Shown here one piece after another: positions 1-6,517 of a stretch of DNA of 15,565 bases; the stretch's first letter is position 1, and each line of letters begins with the position of its first letter. The notes under the pieces were generated by a model. It saw only the letters and a program-made list of their open reading frames with translations, did not search any database and was not told the DNA's origin. The stretch is from an uncultured delta proteobacterium (lineage in GTDB: Bacteria; Desulfobacterota; Desulfobacteria; Desulfobacterales; JAFDCJ01), in contig CAVYNY010000006.1 in NCBI GenBank assembly GCA_963769935.1, positions 1 through 15,565 of the forward strand, in the 5' to 3' direction. A program made the position numbers and the translations under genes.

Positions 1-170
1 CTCCACCTGTGGGAATCTGCCTCTATATCGTCAGTGGTCTTGCCAATGTACCTGTGATGCGTGTTGCCAAAACTCTTACTCCTTTTTATATCGCGCTAGC
101 TGTATCGTTGATTTTGTTTGCTGTCTTTCCGTTCTTTTCAACATATCTGCCGAGTATAATCAATCTTTAG
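1..170 (+). CDS. dctM: TRAP transporter large permease, C-terminal end (partial, runs off the window)
   Basis: Manual translation from nt 3: PPVGICLYIVSGLANVPVMRVAKTLTPFYIALAVSLILFAVFPFFSTYLPSIINL*. The (T)PPVG motif, terminal TM helix and 'P....LP' ending are typical of DctM. TAG at 168-170. Not in the ORF track. Confidence 0.85.
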   Translation, partial: PPVGICLYIVSGLANVPVMRVAKTLTPFYIALAVSLILFAVFPFFSTYLPSIINL

Positions 171-185
171 CTATCCGTTCAATCA

Positions 186-237
186 TGAAAAACCACTTCT
201 TGGCATGGGGCGCCGCAAAAGAAGAAATGGTTTTTCA
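186..237. terminator. Inverted repeat between convergent dctM and the integrase remnant (possible terminator)
   Basis: TGAAAAACCACTTCTT (186-201) pairs with AAGAAATGGTTTTTCA (222-237): 16 bp, 1 mismatch, starting just after the dctM stop. Confidence 0.45.
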
Positions 238-256
238 GGGCATTAAAGGAAAATTT

Positions 257-868
257 TTAGTGGTAAAAAACGGTTTTAAGGAAGATTAGAATAAGGAATG
301 ATTCAAGACCAGCCGAATGGTTTCCAAACTCGCACTGTGATAAGTTTGAACATGAATGGAAGTCCGGCGCTTTTAACCTGATTCCCAATGCAAGCACATG
401 ATGAGCGGTCTGGGGTGATTTTAGTCTCAACAGCTTTAATCGCAATCGATCGATATCAAGAGATATTAATGAGTGTGGCTCCTTAGATCCAAATTCAGCT
501 TCCAAATAAAGTTGATATTGGCTCTTATAGGTTTTTAAACCTTTGAGGTGTGGATTATTTTCAAGATATTTCTTCCACAAGCGATCAATCGTCCAGGAAT
601 TTTTTATAGCCTCTTTTTGGGCCGCCAGTATTAGGCGTTTTTCTCGATTAGATGGCTGATTCCCTTCAATCTTTTCGGACCGAATACGAGATGCTCTATC
701 AGGGGTCATATCATCGACGAACTGCTGTCCTGCTTTTTCCTCAACAATTTTACCATCTTTCCGATATCGGATATAATAAATACGCTCGGTTTTTTTTGCC
801 CCAAGACCAGATCCTTCGATATAATATACTCCAGGATAGATAGTCTTGTGTCTTTTGATTACTGGCAT
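257..868 (-). pseudogene. Tyrosine recombinase/phage integrase, N-terminal part only (arm-binding and core-binding region), catalytic domain missing
   Basis: KRHKTIYPGVYYIEG..ERIYYIRYRKDGKIVEEKAG..WTIDRLWKKY..FGSKEPHSLISLDIDRLRLKLL..SPQTAHHVLAL resembles integrase N-termini. The resemblance ends at about nt 388, and no R-H-x-x-R-Y catalytic motifs follow. Confidence 0.8.
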
Positions 869-891
869 ATAGTAAACCTCAATTTTAATTC

Positions 892-913
892 ATTCCCCAC
901 ACTATTCCCCACA
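892..913. repeat. Tandem 10-bp direct repeat ATTCCCCACA (candidate integrase arm-type binding sites)
   Basis: ATTCCCCACA at 892-901 and 904-913, about 25 nt upstream of the integrase start, in an otherwise very AT-rich spacer. Confidence 0.6.
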
Positions 914-1036
914 AATTTATTGTAATTTAATACTAATCCAAGTGAAAGAGGAAAAATTGAAAATTAAATTTTATGGATTTAAACTTATAAAAAATTATTT
1001 AAATTTTGATTTAAATAAAGAAATAAATTATTCATG

Positions 1037-2066
1037 CTATGAGCGGTCCGCATAATACTGCCGGTACCACTCGACAAACCGATTAATGCCGCTCACGACG
1101 GGCGTCTGCGGCTTAAAGCCGACGTCGGCCGTCAAATCATCCACGTCGGCATAGGTAGCCACTACGTCACCGGCCTGGAGGTCGAGAAAGATCTTTTTGG
1201 GCCTTATGCTGCAGAGCGTTTTCGATAGCCTCGATAAAATCGAGCAGCTCAACCGGATTGTTGTTGCCGATGTTATAGATTTTATAAGGCGCGTAGGATG
1301 TCCCCGGATCCGGATGATCTCCCTGCCAGGCGGAATTGGGTTCCGGCAGCCTGCTCATAACCCTTACGACTCCCTCGATGATATCATCTATATACGTAAA
1401 ATCCCGCTGCATTTTGCCGTGGTTGAAAACCTGGATCGGTTTATTTTCCAATATGGCCCGGGTAAACAGAAACAGGGCCATATCCGGACGTCCCCAGGGA
1501 CCGTAGACGGTAAAAAACCGCAGGCCCGTGCAGCTAAGCCCATACAGATGGCTGTACGTGTGGGCCATCAGTTCATTGGCTTTTTTGGTGGCGGCATACA
1601 GCGAAACCGGGTGGTCGACATTGTCATGAACCGAAAACGGCATACGGGTGTTGGCGCCGTAAACCGAGCTGGAGGAAGCAAAGACCAGGTGCCTGACGCC
1701 GCCGTGCCGGCAGCCTTCGAGGATGTTGACAAATCCGACCAGATTGGAATCCACATAGGCATGCGGATTTTCAAGGGAGTACCGGACGCCCGCCTGGGCC
1801 GCCAGATTGACGACGACATCAAATCGATTGTTTTCGAAAAGCGTTTGCATGCCGTTCCGATCAGCCAGATCCAATTCGATAAACGTGAAATTCGGGTCGG
1901 ATAAGATATTGCCCAATCGGTCCTTTTTGAGGCCCACATCATAGTAGGGGCTTAAATTATCGAGGCCCGTAATCTTGACCCCATCCTTTAAAAGACGCCG
2001 GCAAAGGTGGAAACCGATAAACCCCGCTGCTCCGGTCACCAGAACATCCTTATATTCAAATTTCAT
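1037..2066 (-). CDS. NAD-dependent UDP-glucuronate 4-epimerase (LpsL/CapI/Uge-like SDR) with one +1 frameshift near 1193-1201
   Basis: Motifs [41 protein letters not shown] and RDFTYIDD. The C-terminus ([28 protein letters not shown]) continues in ORF 1037..1252. Removing one base gives 342 aa. Confidence 0.92.
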
Positions 2067-2095
2067 TTCAAGCCCTCAAAAGATACGTTTTTGCG

Positions 2096-3124
2096 CTATA
2101 GCTTTCTTTTCGATTCAACAGGCTGCTCCATTGTCTTCTTCTGTCCTCTGTCATCCGTCCTCTGCCATCTGTCATCTGTCTTCTGTCCCCGGTACCATTC
2201 CAGTGTTGCCGCAAGACCCTGTTCCAACGAAAATTCGGGTTTAAATTTGAGAACTGATTCGGCCAGGTTGATAGCGGCAACCGAGTGCAATATATCCCCG
2301 GCTCTGGCAGGTGCATATTCAGGAACCAGCTGATGGCCGGTCTGGGACGCAATCAGTTCCCAAAGCCGATTGATGGTAACATTGCTGCCGGTGCCGATGT
2401 TCAATACTTTGCCGGCCGAATCATTCGAGCCGGCGGCCAGTATCAGGGCCTTAACCACATCTTTGACATACACAAAATCTCGACTCTGACTGCCGTCGCC
2501 GTAAATCAGCGGTGCCTGGTTTGCAATCGCGCGGGTCATAAAAATTGAAATGACGCCGGAATAAGGGGAAGATGGATCCTGCCGCGGACCGAATACATTA
2601 AAAAATCTGAGACTTGCGGTTTTCAGACCGAAAAGTTCGCTGTAAATCCGCGCCTGGTGTTCAGCCGTAAGTTTGTGAACCGCATAAGGGCTGGTCGGCA
2701 GGGGAGTCATAGTTTCCTCTTTGGGCAGTCGCGGGTCGTCCCCATAGACCGCGCAGGAACTGGCAAGAACAAATCGCCGGACATTGTTCCGGCGGGCGGC
2801 TTCCAGAACATTTATGGTTCCGATATCATTTACCATGGCAGACTCGACGGGGTCATTGATCGTCTGCTGCACCGCCACAACGGCGGCCAGGTGAAAAATG
2901 ACGTCACAGCCTTGAGCGGCTTTGCTCAAAACCGTCAGCTGCCTTATATCGTTTTCATGAAATTCGATACGATCCTTGACCGGCTCCAAATTTGAGAAGC
3001 TGCCGCTTGACAGATTGTCCAGCACCGCAACCCGACTGCCGGCCGACACCAGGGCCTCAACGAGATGCGAACCGATGAAACCCGCGCCGCCTGTTACCAG
3101 CGCCTTAGCAAATTCAACCTTCAT
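2096..3124 (-). CDS. NAD-dependent epimerase/dehydratase (UDP-glucose/UDP-GlcNAc 4-epimerase-like extended SDR)
   Basis: Motifs GGAGFIG, LDNLSSG, FHLAA, SSCAVYG, YAVHK, FNVFGPRQDPSSPYSGVI and RDFVYV. Start placed at ATG 3124, after a GGTGGAG RBS. Confidence 0.92.
   Translation of the reverse strand: MKVEFAKALVTGGAGFIGSHLVEALVSAGSRVAVLDNLSSGSFSNLEPVKDRIEFHENDIRQLTVLSKAAQGCDVIFHLAAVVAVQQTINDPVESAMVNDIGTINVLEAARRNNVRRFVLASSCAVYGDDPRLPKEETMTPLPTSPYAVHKLTAEHQARIYSELFGLKTASLRFFNVFGPRQDPSSPYSGVISIFMTRAIANQAPLIYGDGSQSRDFVYVKDVVKALILAAGSNDSAGKVLNIGTGSNVTINRLWELIASQTGHQLVPEYAPARAGDILHSVAAINLAESVLKFKPEFSLEQGLAATLEWYRGQKTDDRWQRTDDRGQKKTMEQPVESKRKL
2140..2188. repeat. Degenerate heptamer tandem array, 7 x TCTGTCN
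   Basis: tctgtcc tctgtca tccgtcc tctgcca tctgtca tctgtct tctgtcc. It lies in the 3' end of the 2096..3124 gene. Confidence 0.9.
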
Positions 3125-3375
3125 ATTTTCTCCACCTGCCCGCGGTTTCATGACCCCGGCTGATACCGTTTACCTTGGGACCGGCCGTCGAAAATTAGAC
3201 CGGATGTTGCAATCGCCACCATATAAATTTTCATTCTGATGGTTTAAAATCGTACGCACTTATCTTATCGCAAATGATGCAAAATTACTACGGCTAAAAT
3301 TATCCTGATTACCGTCGGCCGGCAACCAAAAGCACAATCAGCCGCCGGTCATAAAACAGAAAACCTCACTATCTC

Positions 3376-3404
3376 TTGACTTTCAGGCCTATAGATTCTA
3401 AAGT
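3376..3404 (+). promoter_or_regulatory. Sigma70-type promoter for the MoaD/ThiS gene
   Basis: TTGACT (3376-3381), 17-nt spacer, TAAAGT (3399-3404), about 40 nt upstream of ATG 3444. Confidence 0.6.
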
Positions 3405-3443
3405 TCAGACAACGCCTTTCATAAAACACAAATATAAAAGAAG

Positions 3444-3677
3444 ATGAAATCACAAATTCAACTCAAGTTATTTGCAACCTTGCATGAATTCGAACCGCCA
3501 TCGTCTGATAATTACAGCATCGAACCGGGCATGAGCATCCGCGAACTGCTTGAGCAGCTGGAACTGCCACCGGAGAAAGCCCGGCTCATCTTCATCAACG
3601 GCATAAAGGCCGATCTGACCGCGACCCTGGAAGGAGGAGAACGCGTGGGTATCTTCCCTCCCGTGGGAGGCGGGTAA
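3444..3677 (+). CDS. MoaD/ThiS family ubiquitin-like sulfur carrier protein
   Basis: 77 aa. N-terminal IQLKLFATL, IFINGI, and C-terminal LEGGERVGIFPPVGGG ending in Gly-Gly. Confidence 0.93.
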   Translation: MKSQIQLKLFATLHEFEPPSSDNYSIEPGMSIRELLEQLELPPEKARLIFINGIKADLTATLEGGERVGIFPPVGGG

Positions 3678-3736
3678 TTCGGACGGCCTTACCGAGGATC
3701 GTCGCAAACGTATACTGAATTGAAGCGGTGAACTAA

Positions 3737-3892
3737 GGGCTCACTCAAAAATAACTTCACATTTTATACGCCGCTGCATTCCGTCCAGCTGCGCTGCGAA
3801 AGCTCGGAATATCCAGATATTCCTGCGTTTTCGCGCCTTGCCGGCCGGGCGCCGCAACGCCTAAAATTGTGAACTAATTTTTTCGTGAACCC
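3737..3892. mobile_element. 156-bp non-autonomous MITE-like palindromic element
   Basis: Imperfect ~30-bp terminal inverted repeats: GGGCTCACTCAAAAATAACTTCACA-TTTTA versus the reverse complement of the right end, GGGTTCACGAAAAAATTAGTTCACAATTTTA. A central palindrome GGAATATC-CA-GATATTCC (3806-3823) lies exactly at the midpoint. No credible coding capacity. Confidence 0.75.
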
Positions 3893-3905
3893 AAGGCGGA
3901 CCCGC

Positions 3906-4027
3906 ATGGCCAAAGAATTTCTGGTGGTGACGGCCGTCGGCCGCTGCGTCGCCAACTGGCGGATATCGGTGAGGAGATCGATGGGGATATCGATGGGGAT
4001 ATCGAAATAAAGCTGCCCAAAAGCTGA
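3906..4027 (+). pseudogene. Possible internally deleted ACT-domain (GcvR-like) gene remnant
   Basis: ATG 3906 gives MAKEFLVVTAVG (ACT-like first strand). Another frame gives LRRQLADIGEEIDGDIDGDIEIKLPKS* (resembles a GcvR-like C-terminus, TGA 4025-4027). Recognised by eye only. Confidence 0.4.
3961..4005. repeat. 12-bp tandem repeat, about 3.7 copies (GGATATCGATGG)
   Basis: ggatatcggtga ggagatcgatgg ggatatcgatgg ggatatcga. Confidence 0.75.
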
Positions 4028-4051
4028 CGATTGAAAAAGGAGAAAACACTT

Positions 4052-4669
4052 ATGAGGTTGAGCCCCCGCACAATTTTAGCAACCGCACTGCTGATCATGA
4101 CCGGTTTAACCGGCGCCTGTACTTCGGACAAACCATTTTTGATCGTTCACTATCAACTGCCATCATCATCTCAGGCGTTGGCAGGAAGGCGGGTTTCGCT
4201 GGCGGTGACCGACATCAGAGAAGATAAGACTTTTTTGAACGAAAGCGCCAAGAAATCACTGCTGAGGTTCAATGACACGTATTCGCTGGTCGTAGTCAAA
4301 GAAAACGGCTCCGGCAATCTGACCGGCATCTATGACCTCAATGCGCTGATGGCGGAAATCTTCAGGCAAAGATTGGCAAGCATGGGCATACAGGTCGCAC
4401 CATCTGCCGAATCCGCCGATTACGAACTGCAAATTAAGCTTAAGGAATTCAAGCTCGATCTGGCCAATCGAAAATGGGTTGTCAGCATGAATTACCAGGC
4501 CGATCTGGTAAAAGATGGAAGCGTTCGCGCGATGGAAACCATCAGCGGTAGTGCCGAACGGTTGAAGTTGATGGCGAAGAACGATGCCGAAAAAGTTTTG
4601 AGTGAACTGCTGACCGACATGGCCAACAAACTGGATTTGACAAAGCTGTTTCAACAGGCCCAGCAGTGA
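4052..4669 (+). CDS. Lipoprotein, YajG-like
   Basis: AAGGAG RBS then ATG 4052. Signal peptide MRLSPRTILATALLIMTGLTGAC ends in a lipobox-like Cys. The 'VSLAVTDIR' and 'LQIKLKEFKLD' alpha/beta pattern is YajG-like. Confidence 0.8.
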   Translation: MRLSPRTILATALLIMTGLTGACTSDKPFLIVHYQLPSSSQALAGRRVSLAVTDIREDKTFLNESAKKSLLRFNDTYSLVVVKENGSGNLTGIYDLNALMAEIFRQRLASMGIQVAPSAESADYELQIKLKEFKLDLANRKWVVSMNYQADLVKDGSVRAMETISGSAERLKLMAKNDAEKVLSELLTDMANKLDLTKLFQQAQQ

Positions 4670-4691
4670 CCCTCACGGCGGGAGGAAAGAA

Positions 4692-5243
4692 ATGTTTGAA
4701 TTGGATTCGCAGGAAGACAAATATGCCGTCACAACGCGCCTTTTCAATTACATCTATGATCTTTCGCTGGAAAAGCAATTCATTCTCTTCAAGCAGTTGG
4801 TCAAAGACAATGTCACCACCGAGCTGCTCAAGCTGATTATCGATATGTCGGAGGATGAAAAAATTCAACTTTTGGACAAATTGGGAGAAACTCCCTATGA
4901 TGATGAGCCGATTCGAACAGTAAATCTGGACGACGATGAATCCTTCATGCGCGGAAATTCCCGCAAGATCTGTTTAATTGCCGTAAAATGCAAGGTCGAA
5001 GACCGTTCCTTTAAAAGCTACATCATCGACATCAGCTCCGTGGGGGTTTTTATTGAATCCAATGATCGGTTTCCCATCGGCCAGAAGATCGCCATGGCGC
5101 TGAAACTGCCGAATTATCCTGAAGCCTTTCAACTCAAAGGCCGTATTGCCAGAAGCGGTTCCAGGGGCATTGGGGTGAAATTCTATGGTTTAACGCCCAC
5201 CCAGGAAGACCTCATTCAAAAGTTTATTGAAAACCGAAATTAG
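4692..5243 (+). CDS. PilZ domain protein (c-di-GMP receptor)
   Basis: RxxxR (RGNSR) and DxSxxG (DISSVG) motifs, plus a terminal GIGVKF strand. GGAGG RBS upstream. Confidence 0.9.
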   Translation: MFELDSQEDKYAVTTRLFNYIYDLSLEKQFILFKQLVKDNVTTELLKLIIDMSEDEKIQLLDKLGETPYDDEPIRTVNLDDDESFMRGNSRKICLIAVKCKVEDRSFKSYIIDISSVGVFIESNDRFPIGQKIAMALKLPNYPEAFQLKGRIARSGSRGIGVKFYGLTPTQEDLIQKFIENRN

Positions 5244-5255
5244 AAGGGAAATATC

Positions 5256-5301
5256 AGCCGACGCAGGCCGGCTTGTTGCCAAAACCCCTCTGCCGTCGGC
5301 T
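5256..5301. terminator. Hairpin between convergent PilZ and HDOD genes
   Basis: AGCCGACG (5256-5263) pairs with CGTCGGCT (5294-5301). The loop is long and there is no clear U-tract. Confidence 0.35.
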
Positions 5302-6152
5302 CAGAACAGATTCAGCAGATACTCAATCCTTTGCTGGTTTTCAGCCGTCGCGGCCATGATTCCCTGAAAATCTTTTTCAGATAGCGCCAGCCGCTTTAAA
5401 ACATCACTGTAAAATCTGTAGGAAAGCCCGTCTGCTCCGGTGCCCACGCCCATCATCATGCAAATGATATCCGCCAGATACACCAGGGAGGTTTCCAGAT
5501 CCTGCCGGGCAGATTCGTCGGACAGATGATGGTGGCCGATAATGTAAACCAGTTTTTCGCTGAAACGCCATTTCTCTCCCAGCAGCGCCCCCAGCTCTTC
5601 GTGATTCAGACCGAGAATCTTTTTTTCAGCATCGTTGAAACTGTGTCCCTGGGCATTCACCAGAATGTTGATTTGTTCAAATGAAAACGCCACGAAACGT
5701 CCCAGAATCAATTTGCCGATATCCTTCAGCAGGGCCGCCGTAAAGACAAGATGTTTGTTTTTCGATGCACCAAATCGGACGGCCAATGCCTTGGCTGCAT
5801 AGGCCGATGAAACCGCGTGGCGCCACAGTTCGCCCTCACCCAACCCGTAACCCTCGACCCCCTTTTTATAGTTTTGTGAAACACTGCCGAGCATAACCAG
5901 TTGAACGACATGATCCAGCCCGACCAGGGCGATCGCATCCTGCACGGAATCCACCTTGCGGGTGAGTCCAAAATAGGCCGAATTGCACGTTTTCAGCAAA
6001 TTGGCTGTAATGGCGGGATCATGTAGAATCAGATCCGCGATCTCTGACAGTGAACTGTCGGGGTTCTCGGCCAGCGCCATAATTTGGTTGGCAATCGGCG
6101 GAATCGGTGCCAGCTGATCGAGCCGGTCAACGATGTCCTTGAAGCTGCTCAT
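5301..6152 (-). CDS. HDOD domain signal transduction protein
   Basis: Motifs LAPIP, DPAITANLLKTCNSAYFG, VDSVQDAIALVG, LWRHAV, LLKDIGKLIL, EKKILGLNHEELGALLGEKWRF and IGHHH. Confidence 0.93.
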   Translation of the reverse strand: MSSFKDIVDRLDQLAPIPPIANQIMALAENPDSSLSEIADLILHDPAITANLLKTCNSAYFGLTRKVDSVQDAIALVGLDHVVQLVMLGSVSQNYKKGVEGYGLGEGELWRHAVSSAYAAKALAVRFGASKNKHLVFTAALLKDIGKLILGRFVAFSFEQINILVNAQGHSFNDAEKKILGLNHEELGALLGEKWRFSEKLVYIIGHHHLSDESARQDLETSLVYLADIICMMMGVGTGADGLSYRFYSDVLKRLALSEKDFQGIMAATAENQQRIEYLLNLF

Positions 6153-6274
6153 ACCCGCTCCTGCCCTTCACCGAAAATCTGAATCGAACTGCAGCCGCTT
6201 GCGATTTCCAGACTCAGGGTTCTGCTGCTGGTTCCGCCGCTGTTCTCATGGAGAATTTTCAAATCGTAATGATC
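6149..6274 (-). pseudogene. cheD: C-terminal fragment of chemoreceptor glutamine deamidase CheD
   Basis: Manual translation DHYDLKILHENSGGTSSRTLSLEIASGCSSIQIFGEGQERV* matches the CheD C-terminal pattern (ExxGGxxxRT.xLxxxxG). Its TGA overlaps the HDOD ATG (ATGA). An in-frame stop lies shortly upstream with no ATG in between. Confidence 0.7.
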
Positions 6275-6348
6275 CTTAATTTTGTCATTAAAGCAGGCAA
6301 TGGCCGGACGTCCGGTTGTTCAATCGCAGACGGCGCCAACCAGGTGTT

Positions 6349-6376
6349 ATATCGGCACTAAAGATGATGAACTTGA
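6349..6376 (-). promoter_or_regulatory. Sigma28 (FliA)-type promoter for cheD'-HDOD
   Basis: The minus strand reads TCAAG-N15-GCCGATAT, close to the sigma28 consensus TAAA-N15/16-GCCGATA(A/T). Confidence 0.65.
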
Positions 6377-6517
6377 GCAGCGGAAGAGAGAACCATCTTA
6401 TACTGAAGCTTAGGCGTGACAATTGCTTAATAGGATTTGAAGTTTCAAGATACTTTCCAAGCTAAATCACAATCGTCCCGGCGGCGCCCGGGGCGGACGG
6501 CAGATGAACCGTTTGAC

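Noticed and set aside
355..392. Possible IS terminal repeat (minus strand CATTGGGAATCAGGTTAA) at the integrase breakpoint
   Set aside because: Only a vague resemblance to IS4-type ends. No partner repeat or transposase sequence is recognisable between 171 and 390.
1190..1201. Programmed ribosomal frameshift in the epimerase
   Set aside because: Not known for this family. Similar +1 insertions elsewhere in the window point to sequencing error.
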